DNA of 64,000 nucleotides from Chiloscyllium plagiosum (Eukaryota): contig NC_057720.1 in assembly GCF_004010195.1 (NCBI RefSeq), positions 30,744,831-30,808,830 on the forward strand, in the 5' to 3' direction. Positions 11,190-22,435 of the stretch are shown in pieces. Position 1 is the first letter of the stretch. Each line of letters begins with the position of its first letter. The notes under the pieces are model-generated. The model did no database searches. It saw only the letters and a program-made list of their open reading frames with translations, and was not told the origin of the DNA. The position numbers and the translations under genes are program-made.

Positions 11190-12455
11190 GGATGTTTAAT
11201 GATGATTTCACAAAGTTAATCAGCATTTGCTACTCCTCAGATCGTGAGCAAGTTCATGTACATATGCAGCAAGATCTTCACAAATGCAGGCTTGGGCTGG
11301 TAAGCAGCAAGTAACATCCATTTCACACAAGTGTCAGGTAATGGCCATCACTAAAAAGAGATGGCCATCACCATTGCCAACTGATGTTCAGTAGCATTTA
11401 CATTGCTGAATCTCCCACAATCAAGAATCTGGGGGTTACCAGTGACCAGAAACCAAACTGGCCTAGCCATATAAATACTGTGGCTACAACAGCAGGTCAT
11501 AGGCTGAGAATTCAGCTGTGAATAACTCACCTCCTGATTCCTCAAAGCCAGTCAATCAGCTACAAGGCACAAGGGAAATGTGCGATGGAATACTCTTTAT
11601 TTGTCTGGATTAGGACAATTCTGATAATATTCAAGAAACTCAGCACTATCCAAGGCAAAACAACTCATTTGATTGATAACTCATCTAATTCCTCAGTCAT
11701 TCCCTCCACTACAATGTACAGAGGCAGGTTGCACCAAAACAGCAACTCACTAAGGCTTCTTATAAGCATCTTGCAAACCCGCAACCATAAGAAATAGAAA
11801 CAGAAGTAGGCTGTTTGGCAGCTCAAGCCTGTTCGCCATTCAACAGGACTATGGCTGATTGGACATTCCTCACGTCCACTTTCCTGCCCATTTCCTTTAA
11901 TCATTGATTCCCCAACTGAAGAAGGACTCTGTTCTCTTAGTTTTCTGTGGCAAGAAGTTCCAAAGACACTCAAACCTCAGAATAAACTCCTCCTCATCTC
12001 AGTCTTAAATCAGCTCCCCTTCATTGAGAGACTGTATTCTCTGGTTCTAAATCCTCTCAGAATTTACCCTGTCAACTCCTTTAAGAACCTCATATTTTTC
12101 GATGAGATCACCTCTCATTCATCTAAACTTCAGTGAATAGAGTGCCAATCTGTTTAGCCTTTTCTCAAAAGACAAAACAAAGATAACCACTACCGTTTAG
12201 AAGGTTAACAGCAGCAGATGCAAAAACACCAACACTTACAAGTTCCTCTCTAAGCCACAAACCATCACAAATTAGAATTATATCATTGTTCCTGGGTCAA
12301 AATCATGGAGCTCATTCCTTAACAGCATATTTTGGGCATCCCGACATGGACTACATTGGGTCAAACTGGCAGCTCACTACTACCTTCCAGAAAGAAATGA
12401 CCGTGGGTAATAAATGCTGACCTAGCCAACACTGCCCACATCCCATGAATAAATT
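11190..12455 (+). mobile_element. L2-like LINE 3' region interrupted by a minus-strand CR1 fragment (~11790-12175)
   Basis: ctgggggttaccagtgaccagaaac RT-end motif and ..aataaatgctgacctagcc..cccacatcccatgaat tail; nested catag/aacagaagtaggc CR1 tail in the opposite orientation. Confidence 0.65.
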
Positions 12456-12800
12456 GATTGAATAAAAAAGTCTGTTCTTATCTGTCCAGATAAAATATAA
12501 ACTTATCAGCACACAAAGGAGGGCCTTGGAATTTGAAGCACATAACTTAAATTTAACATGTAAATTCCAACTATTGAATCACTTCTTCAAACAACTTTTA
12601 TTAATGTCCAATAAATAAATTTAATACAATTAATCTTTTTCAGTCACACCAACATCTTCAAAGCAGCCTTACTGGATTTAACTCAATGAAGAAGTGTGAC
12701 AATTGCTATATTATGCTCACATAATGTGATCTATTAAATTAAAAATTACTCTGTTAAAACCAGTTGTAATATGCAAACCACTGCCAGATTTACTTAGTAC

Positions 12801-12904
12801 CTGAATGCGCCAAATCTTGGTAAGCTCATCCATGGAGAGTTTACTGCCCAGCAGCTCGATAATTCCCTTTATTCTATCACAATACTGTGCTTGATCAATA
12901 TTTC
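12801..12904 (-). CDS. USP24: USP24 exon 12 (104 nt)
   Basis: caacag|(G)NIDQAQYCDRIKGIIELLGSKLSMDELTKIWRIQ|gtacta. Confidence 0.95.
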
Positions 12905-13569
12905 CTGTTGAAGTTGAATAAAAACAAGAGGTTTTCTCAGTATGATACTGGAACTAAACTGTCTAAACAGCATACTCAATTAGATCGAGATATCAGGCAG
13001 ATTGAACTTTGGTGGGGGTCCGTTTGATAGTACCATTACTGATGGAGTTGGGCAGGGCTTGAAAGACCGATCTGCCAGATTGGACTCACAGGAAATAGTG
13101 ACATAGCAAATACATAGGAAGATTTTTTTTTTAACTACACCAATCTATCTGCCAGAAATGTATATTCCTCCATGAAGCACTGGTGAGTGTGACTAACATA
13201 GTTCCTCTGGAGAAAAAATCTTGCCTTCAAAGAGGAGACTCTCATTATGCTGTGTAGCACCATCATTTGACTCCTATGGATAGATTCAGAACAAATCAAA
13301 ACAGGGCATCCATAAAGCACTGGAGGCTATCAGTATCACAATTATATTCAACTATAATCTGCAACCTTGTGACCCAAAACATCAAAGAAATTCTGAAATG
13401 AAACCTCTCAATGCCAAATACCTTTGAAACATGCTCAAAAACAAAACATGCATTTTAATTATCTAACAATGTCCCATAATGCCACTGATAGATATATAAA
13501 ATCACTCTGTTCACTGTTACATCATACACTATTTTCCACCAAGAGGTCAAATGTCGTTACAGCATGCAT

Positions 13570-13830
13570 TTCATAAGTACTGGATGTAATACAACAATAA
13601 TAAGAGATAGAAAATTCATGGAGCTGACTGATCAGCAATACACCTTCATGCCAACATCTGAAAATTATTGTTGATCATGCCCCTTCTCAGGGAAGAGAAA
13701 AATGATAAAAGCACTTCATCATTCCATGCTGAGACCAAAAAGCTGTGGGTTCAGGTATCACAGGAACAATCTCACTTTATGGTCCTACTCAATGTGGTAG
13801 TGAGTCAGACAGGATTTAAATTTCCCTTTT
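13570..13830 (-). mobile_element. Degenerate DeuSINE (SacSINE1-like) fragment
   Basis: Weak reverse-orientation similarity to the Deu-domain copies at ~37.7 kb and ~58.5 kb. Confidence 0.4.
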
Positions 13831-14165
13831 TAATTACTAATCCACGCTGAAATTGCTAGCATTAGTTGAGAATCATTGCTGTTCTGGAAAGTGTTTACTA
13901 TTAATGGTTAAAAAATGCTGCCTTAGATTCTTGAGGTTAAGCTGATTTTACAAAACAATCTTCAATTTTCAGCACTGAGACCAAAGATACATGGTATCAT
14001 AATGGCAATTCACAGTCACCCTTTTCAAAAAGAGGAAATAGTACTTCATCCTCAATCATGGTCTCAGCTATATCAGGATATAGCTGAGATACCAGATAGT
14101 GCACTGTGTGCCAGTTGAGAAACTCTAAACTACACATTGTTAGTCTCTTCTCAAATCTACTGTAC

Positions 14166-14280
14166 CTTCAAGTGCTATTGACAATACCGAATTTTCTACC
14201 AGCCAGTCCAATAACCGATCTGTATCAATTGCATTTTTCACAGATTTTGATAAGGTACTGTCTTCAATCAGCTTAGTAAC
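14166..14280 (-). CDS. USP24: USP24 exon 11 (115 nt)
   Basis: ctctag|VTKLIEDSTLSKSVKNAIDTDRLLDWLVENSVLSIALE G|gtacag. Confidence 0.95.
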
Positions 14281-14831
14281 CTAGAGAATAAGATTGAAAT
14301 ATTCAGGTTATTGTTAAGTGTTAATCCAGTAATTCCCCTTTGGAACAACAGAAATATTAATATCATAAATGGAAAGTGTAACAGAAAATAAAGAGAGTCA
14401 GAAGTCATATCACAATTCTTCAAAGTCTATTTTAGAAACAGTGACTGAATCATACTCATTTGACAAGCTTGAATCCTTCTTCTGCCTGCAAACTCTGTCC
14501 ATTTTACATTTAGTGGTTTAAACACTATTAGCAATCTAGTGCAAAACAATAAAATATGTTGTGAAAATAAATTGAGAGAACATGACTGTGTCACCTCTGT
14601 AATTAACAGTTCTTACTCCTGAGGTAACCCTACCTATTGATTCCCTAATGAGTTCAACATTCTAGCCATTGGTGCACATTTAACTATTCATGCATAAATT
14701 GTATTTATTGGAAAGTTTTATGACAAACCGTGAACTGAAACAGGAAGGTAATAGTACAAATATGCCTGTAATTCAGAGCCAAACAGGTTGTTGTTGACTT
14801 CCTATAAGCACTGCTCTAGAACTTGTTTTTA

Positions 14832-15485
14832 AAAAATCACACAACACCAGGTTATAGTCCAACAAGTTTATTTGGAAGCACTAGCTTTCGAAGCGCTGCT
14901 CCTTCATCAGGTGGTTGTGGAGTATAAGATCATAAGATACAATTTATAGCAAAAGTTTACATTATGATGTAACTGAAATTTTATATTAAAAAAGACCTGG
15001 ATTGTTTGTTAAGTCTCTCATCTTTTAGAACGGGCATGTTGGTTTCAGTTCTTTCATCTGTAAATGCCAGAAATCTTTTTTAAAGTTACATTCTCAAGTG
15101 AACTTTATCAACAGGTGCCACATTAGCTCAGATAATACATTGAAGGTGTGAGGTGCTCTGTGTGAGGCTGTCTGTGCTCCAATGTTCAGACTGATTCTAT
15201 TTCTAAAAAAACAATTTACAGAGTCTTACATGGATTCAGGCAGTTTTTGCGCAAAATAAAATGTAATTCAGTAAGTATCCCACAAACATATATGTGTGCG
15301 TGTGTTTGGGGGCGGGAGGTATGAGTGTCTGAGAGAGTGTGAGTGTGTGTTAGTGTCAAAGGGCAAAGAGTATAAGTATGTAACAGAGTGTGTGCGAGAC
15401 ATTAACCCAAGGTCCCGGTTGAGGCCATCCCCATGAGTGCTGAACTGGCTATCAGCCTCTGCTCAGCCCACTTTGCATTGTTGGT
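14832..15485 (-). mobile_element. Penelope-like element 3' fragment: GIY-YIG C-terminus, 3' UTR and terminal repeat with hammerhead motif
   Basis: Minus strand 15475-15395 reads AEQRLIA/FSTHGDGLNRDLGLMS (one frameshift); terminus shared with the 44613-44801 family. Confidence 0.75.
14879..14913 (-). ncRNA. Minimal hammerhead ribozyme motif (PLE-associated)
   Basis: CAC-CUGAUGA-A-GGAGC-AGC-GCUUC-GAAA-GC-UA-GUG: core boxes, 5-bp stem II, palindromic AGCU stem III, 3-bp stem I. Confidence 0.7.
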
Positions 15486-15844
15486 CTAGAACGTGTTCGT
15501 TTATTACCTGTTTCTATAACTTGATCGATTTTCAAAGCAATCCTGTGTATTATCATTAAGTTCTTAAGATATTTTGAAGATTCAGTTCTGATAGAGTTAT
15601 TAATGAAAATATGAGCAGTGTTTATCTCACAAAACAACCTTGAACTGCTAATTTAATTAGGTTGTCAAAGAATAACAGCAGAAAGAGAATGTGGCTCATC
15701 TTTCAAACCATGCCAACTTTATCAAGTGGCAAAGTATCAATGTATAAAATGCTAAATAGCAGCAATACTGCTGGCTGCTGTCAGCCACAGGTTATGATTC
15801 TATACAAAAACATTCTATTGACAGCGGTTTTGTCATAATAACAA

Positions 15845-16700
15845 ACAGGAGCTGGAGTAGGCCATTTGGCCTATTAATTCTGCTCTGCCATTCAGCAGTA
15901 TAGTGGTTGATTTTTTTTTTCACCTCAACTCCACATTCCTGTACTATGCCACATCCCTTAGTTCACCAGGAAGTACTAATGAATAGAAGTATATTAACAA
16001 CGAGCAAATATAACTCGCTGGGATACAGAATACCAAAAATTCTGTAAAAAATACTCCCAATTAACTGAGTAATATAATCTTTTGAGTTCAGAAACACTTC
16101 AAAAACCTTTTATTTTGAAACCTAGACCCCATGTTCTTGATCTCCAAGAAGAAACTTCTCAGCTTTCCTTTTACCTTTTAACTACCTTAAGTCTCTTAAA
16201 AAACTACACAAAATTCAATTAGATCACCTCTCATTCTTTTGAGCTACAGGGAATATAGACCAAGGCTATCTAACCTTTCACAGGGCAACCTACTCATCTT
16301 AGGAACCAGCCTAAGTACCCTTAATTGCACTCCCTCTAGGACAAGCATCTCCTTCTTTGGGTAAACAGGCAAACCTGAAACCCAGTTCTCTCAAGAGTGT
16401 GGCCTCTACAACACCACGCAGAATTATAGTAAGACTTCAGTTCTGTACTACAACACTCCTGTAACAAAAGTTAACATTCTAATTACTTTCATTATTACAC
16501 AAACTGCCTGTATGTAACTTGTAATTCAGGCACAAGGACAAAGCCATTCCTAGCTTTTCACGATTCAAAAAGAAAATTTGGCTTTTTGGATATTTCCTAC
16601 CAAAGTGGATAAATCACAGCTTGCCACAAGTATACCATCGGACATAAATATATCATCCAACTTGTCTAAATCCCAGACTTTATGCACACTCCCCCACACA
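15845..16700 (-). mobile_element. Old CR1-like 3' fragment
   Basis: acaggagctggagtaggccatt tail; agatcacctctcattct; ccaaagtggata motifs. Confidence 0.6.
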
Positions 16701-16830
16701 CCACTTCCAAATCCTCAACATTATTCTCCCAATTAACTGAGTAATATAATTGTTGATTAATCATTTCAAACCTCAGGCAATTCTAACCACAGTTCTATCA
16801 TCAAAATTTGAAATTAATAAATTGGTATAC

Positions 16831-16989
16831 CTCTTTCAATGAATTCATTTTTGCACTGAAGTGGGGAGTTTTCAGCATACGTAGGAGGATATCCAAGCGG
16901 AGGTCATCTACCACCATCACCAGCTCTGGTTGAAATCGCATGCATAATAATTTGATGGCAGATAGAAGCTCTGGAATGTTCACCAGTTT
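16831..16989 (-). CDS. USP24: USP24 exon 10 (159 nt)
   Basis: atctag|KLVNIPELLSAIKLLCMRFQPELVMVVDDLRLDILLRMLKTPHFSAKMNSLKE|gtatac. Confidence 0.95.
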
Positions 16990-17871
16990 CTAGATTGAAA
17001 AGCAGACAGGAATTAAAAAACAGATATTTTGCAATTTACAACCAATGCTGCAATATCTAAGTAACTCAAGGTAAAGTTGAAGTAGGCCCTCTCTCTTCTT
17101 TTGTCAAAATACCTCTAGTGGAGCCTTTCTACTTTCAAGGACACATAGAAATAACAGCTAATCTACAAATAAATCTGCATTCAGGGTTGAATAGAGAACA
17201 GAACAAGTTTGCAATTGAGCATTAAGTTGCAATCTCACTGCTCTCAGAACAGTTTCAGTATGATTAATGTGGCTGAGGTTCACAAATAAAAACTTTCATT
17301 TAATAAAGCACCTTTGATGTAGTTGAGTGTTTGAAGTACTTCACAAGCATTACAAAACAAAACACTAAATTAAAATATAGCAGATGACGTAAATTTTAGG
17401 AAACACAAAGAAAAAGGCAGAGAGGTTTAAGAAGGGAATTCAGGGACACTGGCAACTGAACGAATGATTATCAACGATGGAAAAATCAAAATCAGGAATG
17501 GTCAAGAGACTGAGTTCAAAGACTTGGAAGGTTGTGTGGCTAGAGTTTGCAGTGATAGAAGCAGTGTATCAAAGTAGCATGAAAGCAAGGAATGAGAATT
17601 TTGAAATAAAAGCATTACTTAATTTATAGCCAGTATAGGTCAGTTGTCACAGCAGAGATGGGTAAATGGGCATTGGCATAAGTTAGGACGTGGACAGCCA
17701 AGGTTTGTGACGATTTCAAGTTCATGGAAGCCACCCAAGAAGTCCATTGGAATTGCTAATTTTAGAGATACTAAGGACTGCATCAACTGAAGGTTGGGCT
17801 TGCACTGTGTGTCCATATTCCTATTTTATGGGAGTGCATTCAGGTTCAAGAATAAAGCATTTGGCTTTTGT

Positions 17872-18063
17872 GGTCGAGAGTGTGGTGCTGGAAAAGCACA
17901 GCAGGTCAGGCAGCATCCGAGGAGCAGGAAAATCAATGTTTTGGGCATACGACCGAAACATCAATTCTTCTTCTCCTCGGATGCTGCCTGACCTGCTATG
18001 CTTTTCCAGCATCACACTCTCGACCCTGATCTCCAGCATCTGCAGTCCTCGCTTTCTACCACC
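17872..18063 (+). mobile_element. Fold-back non-autonomous Penelope-derived element
   Basis: ~53-bp inverted arms 17872-17924/17973-18025, ~35-nt tail, imperfect TSD tggctttt(g/a)tg at 17862-72/18064-74. Confidence 0.8.
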
Positions 18064-18140
18064 TGGCTTTTATGCCTTAGAAAAGAAATTTTAATCAGAT
18101 CAAAGATTTTGATAAGTAATCCAGAAAAAAAAGTGATTAC

Positions 18141-18215
18141 CTTGTCTTTCAGATCTTTTTCTTCTAAACTTTGCACATATCGAATCATTTTGTCAATGAC
18201 TGGATCCAGCATTGG
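18141..18215 (-). CDS. USP24: USP24 exon 9 (75 nt)
   Basis: ctacag|PMLDPVIDKMIRYVQSLEEKDLKDK|gtaatc. Confidence 0.94.
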
Positions 18216-18429
18216 CTGTAGAAGGAAGAATAGTACAAAAAAAAATGCATTTGTATTTTAACTCCGTTGTATTTACATTGGAACAAATATCGTCCTAAAA
18301 TAGTCCTATACAGTTAGCTTGGTGTAAAGCTGGTTGCAGTCTCCATTTTCTGGATTTACCACACATTACCATAAATCAATTTCTATTTTTGACAACAACT
18401 CCATGGAAAGGTGTGTTGTTATCACTTAC

Positions 18430-18495
18430 CTGTACTACGGCAGGATTTAGATTTTCGGCACATACACCCAGAGGCTGTACCAATGCAGACACTGC
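18430..18495 (-). CDS. USP24: USP24 exon 8 (66 nt)
   Basis: ttttag|AVSALVQPLGVCAENLNPAVVQ|gtaagt. Confidence 0.94.
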
Positions 18496-18767
18496 CTAAA
18501 ATAGAAACACAAAGGTTCTAAACCACAGTAGTTCCTATAGCAATCAACCAGATTTATGCAAAGCAACACAGTTAGTTCTATAGTTTTAACTGCTTTAGCT
18601 AGAATTATTAAAAAATTTTAAAATCATAACATATCAGTAAAATATTTCCTCCTTCAGAGAATGCTTTGGGATCAAAGGTTTTAAGTTTTGAAATTGATAT
18701 CGTTAAATATGTTGTAAAAGAACTATATCAAAATAGTCAATTATTCTAACTACATGGGAAGAAGTTA

Positions 18768-19077
18768 AGATTAGATTACTTACAGTGTGGAAACAGGCCC
18801 TTCGGCCCAACAAGTCCACACCGACCCACCGAAGCGCAACCCACCCATACCCCTACATGTACCCCTTACCTAACACTACTGGCAATTTAGCATGGCCAAT
18901 TCACCTGACCTGCACATCTTTTGACTGTGGGAGGAAACCGGAGCAGCCGGAGGAAACCCACGCAGACACGGGGAGAACGTGCAAACTCCACACAGTCAGT
19001 CGCCTGAGGCGGGAATTGAACCCGGGTCTCTGGCGCTGTGAGGCAGCAGTGCTAACCACTGTGCCACCGTGCCGCCC
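18768..19077 (-). mobile_element. HE1-type V-SINE, full length
   Basis: tRNA-like head GGGCGGCACGGTGGCACAGTGGTTAGC..GGTTCAATTCC, V-domain GTGTGGAGTTTGCACGTTCTCCCCGTGTCTGCGTGGGTTTCCTCC, CR1-type tail taatctaatct. Confidence 0.9.
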
Positions 19078-19181
19078 ACCAAGAAGAGATTTAAAAGATT
19101 GCTTTACAATCTGCATTTAAAACAGCTATTCAAAGTGATTATCTGGAAGCTTCAATTACATTATTTTAAACAATAACTTAC

Positions 19182-19247
19182 TGCGGTTTCTATATCTTCT
19201 GCACCAAGCTTCAGCTGGATTGCTGAAAACCCACCCATCTCTCCAAA
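19182..19247 (-). CDS. USP24: USP24 exon 7 (66 nt)
   Basis: ttctag|FGEMGGFSAIQLKLGAEDIETA|gtaagt. Confidence 0.94.
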
Positions 19248-19699
19248 CTAGAAAAATAAAATATAATTCAGCAACTAGCTCAATGATCATTGTTTCAGAG
19301 GACAAATTGCATTAAAAGCAAGTTAAAAAACAAAGCAGAGCTACTAATTTCTCAATTTAACCAACGACATTATACAGCATCAAAGGAACAGGTGCCAAAT
19401 GAACCGAATGTATACAAGTATCGAACTTTTATCTTGGATATTTTGAGCAGAATTTTCAAACATCACTGTCACTAAGGCTGAAGTCTTTCTGTGTGGCCCT
19501 GAGCTGAATAACAAAATGGATTTTTTGTAAAATCTAGGTAGAATTCGGAATTCTTATTTATAACATTGGTAAGGGAGAAGACACTACAAAACATGAGGAT
19601 ACACCGCAAAGTTGGCTATAGCAAGATGAGTACCTCCTCAGTCTCAGAACAGCAGCTAAATACCTTAGTTTACCAATAATTTGGGCAACACAACCCAAG

Positions 19700-22435
19700 G
19701 AGTGATGGAGCAGAAAATGTCAACAATAGTCCAAAGGCTCAGGATAATGCTCTGGGGATATAGGTTCCACTGATGGAATTTGAATTCAACTAATATTTCT
19801 TGAATTAAAAACCAATCCAATCAGGACCATTAGACAACTACTGATTGTTATAAAAACCCATCTGGAGAATGGGTTCACTTATGTCTTTTCATAAAGGAAA
19901 TCTGCTATCTTTAACTAGTCTGGCCGACATGTGACTTCAGACCTACAGCAATGAAGTTGCTTATTAAAAGCCTCTGAAATGGCCTATGGAGCCAGTTGGG
20001 TCAAAATACAAAAGTGTCTAAATAAAAGAATAAAACCACCAGCATTAATCCAGGTACTAGAAACAAAAACACATTATTGCTTTAAGGAAGGTGTTAACTC
20101 TGCAACATCCGACTTATGAAAGTCTGAGGGAATGTATCAAAATTAGAGTTATCCCACTGACTAATGAAACAATAGCCTGACATTAAATTTAAAGGATGAT
20201 TCCAGGAGTACGGCTAGGTCCCAGATATTATCGTCACCTGTCCTTGGCATGTCCCGTGCTACCTGCAGGATAGGTGAACCAGAGTTGGCAGCACAATGGT
20301 ATGCAGTTGGAAGCGGGTGACACCAGGCATACCAAAAAATAAGTTATCAATACAGTGAAGCCACAGCACAGGACTACTTGCATGTCAAACAACACAAGCA
20401 GCATGCAAGTGATAGAGCTAAGCAATTTAACAACCAAGAGCAGATTTAAATTCTGCAAAAGGTTTAAACTCTAAATTTAGGGCAACATAGTGGCTTAGTG
20501 GCTAGCACTGTTGCCTAACAGCTCCAGGGACCCGGGTTCGATTCCATCCTTGGATGAGTGTGTGGAGTTTACACGTCCTCCCTATGTGTGTGTTGGCTTT
20601 CTCTAAAGATGCACAGTCTGGGTAGATTAGCTATGATAAATGTGGGCTTATGGGGATAGGACTAAGGGGGCTAGGTCTGTGTGGCGTGCTCTTTAGAGGG
20701 TCAGTGCAGATGTTGATAGGCCAAGTGGTCTCTTTCCACACTGTAGGATTCCATAAACCAGCCACATCCAACCGTGAACAGTGGTCAACAATTAAACAAC
20801 TATTAGGAGGAAGTGATTCCACAAACATTCCCATCCTCAATGATGGGGAGCCCATTATACCAAACATTTCAATCAGTTTCAACCAGATGTGCTGGGTGGA
20901 TGATCCACCATAATCCTTCTCCTGAGGTTCCTGCCATCAAGGATGCCGGCCTTCAGCCAATTTGATTCACTCCATATGATGTCAAGAAACTGGTGAAAGG
21001 CACCCGTATACTGCAAAGATCATGGACTCTGACAACAGTACTGAAGACTTGCACCCCAGAATTAAATGATCCCATAGTAAAGCTGCACTAGTACTGCTAC
21101 AACACTGGCACTTACTTGGCATTGAGGAAAATTGCCCAAGTCAGTCCTGTGGACAAAAAGCAAGGCAAATCTAATCCAGTCAAATACTGACCAGATTAGC
21201 AGCAAATTGATGAAGGGGACCACAATAGTGCTATTAAGAGAAACTTATGCAACAAATAACCTGCTCAACAGATGTTCGGTTTGGAGTCCAGGATGGTCAT
21301 TCAGCTGCTGACCTCATTACAGCCTTGGTCGAAACATAAACTACTAAGTTCAGCTCTGCAGGTGTGGCAACCCTGGACATGAAGGCAGCATTTGACATAG
21401 TACAGCATCAGGAAACTTCAGTGCAACTGAAGTCAATGAGGATAGGAGGAAAGTCTCTAATGACCTGAGCCATACTTAAGCACAAAAGAAGATGGTTGAG
21501 ACTGTCAATCACCTCAAGTCCACAATGACACTGCAGGAGCTTCTCAGGGTAGTGTCCTAATCCCAAACTTGTTCAGCTGCTTCATTAATAACCTTCCTTC
21601 CATTAAAAGGATAAATTATGGATGTCCATTACCCACTGCATGTTCCATGCCATTTGCGCTGCCTCAAATACTAAAAGAGTACATGTTCGTATATAGCAAA
21701 ACCTGGACAACATCCACTGATCAGTGGGAAGCAACACTCCCACCACACGTCAGGCAATGACCATCTTCAACAAGGGAAAACCCAATCATTTTCCCATGAC
21801 ATTCAATTGCATCATTGACAACACCTTGGGCATTACCATTGACCAAAAACTGAACTGGACCAGCCATATGCATACTGTGGCCATAACAACAGAAGCTAGC
21901 TCATTTCCTAAATCCTGAAATCCTGTCCATTATTTACAATGGCACAGCGAGGTCAAGTAAATGATGGATGACTCTCCACTTGCTTGTATAGTGGAGCCCC
22001 AACATTACTTGAGAAGCTCAGACTAAGCAGCTTGCTTGACTGACACTCCACCCAACACCTTCAACATTCTTTCCATCCACCAAAACATATTGGCAGCACT
22101 GATAAGTCTGCAAGATGCACTGTATCAACTCACCAAGGCTTCTTTAAAAATACCTTCGCAGCCATGAACCCTATCAGCAAGGAGGAGAAAGGAAGCAGAA
22201 GCATGGGAACATCACTATCTACTTCCCTCCAAGCCACATGCCATCGTGACATGGAACCTTATCACTGTTACTGGGTCAAAATCCTGAAATACCTCCTGAA
22301 AAACACACTGTACCTACTTTCCATGAACTTACAGAAGTTCAAGGTGGCAGCTCGGTACCACCTTCTTAAGCATAATTAGGGAAGCGCAATAAATGCCGGT
22401 CTAGTTTGTGACAACCACATCCAGTGAATGAAAAT
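19700..22435 (+). mobile_element. Degenerate L2-like LINE (RT remnants) with SINE-like 5' segment; V-SINE inserted
   Basis: RT remnants (gacatgaaggcagcatttgac, cagggtagtgtcct, LGITIDQKLNWTSH) and the same 3' tail as at 12.4 kb. Confidence 0.7.
20480..20753 (+). mobile_element. Diverged V-SINE nested in the L2-like element
   Basis: gggcaacatagtggcttagtggctagcact..gggttcgattcc..gtgtggagtttacacgtcctcc. Confidence 0.8.

Noticed and set aside
17747..18094. Mirror-image ORFs (VLEKHSRSGSI.. on both strands; also 34539-34876)
   Set aside because: Artefact of palindromic DNA, not proteins
18990..19077. tRNA gene
   Set aside because: A and B boxes belong to the tRNA-derived head of a V-SINE; no complete cloverleaf
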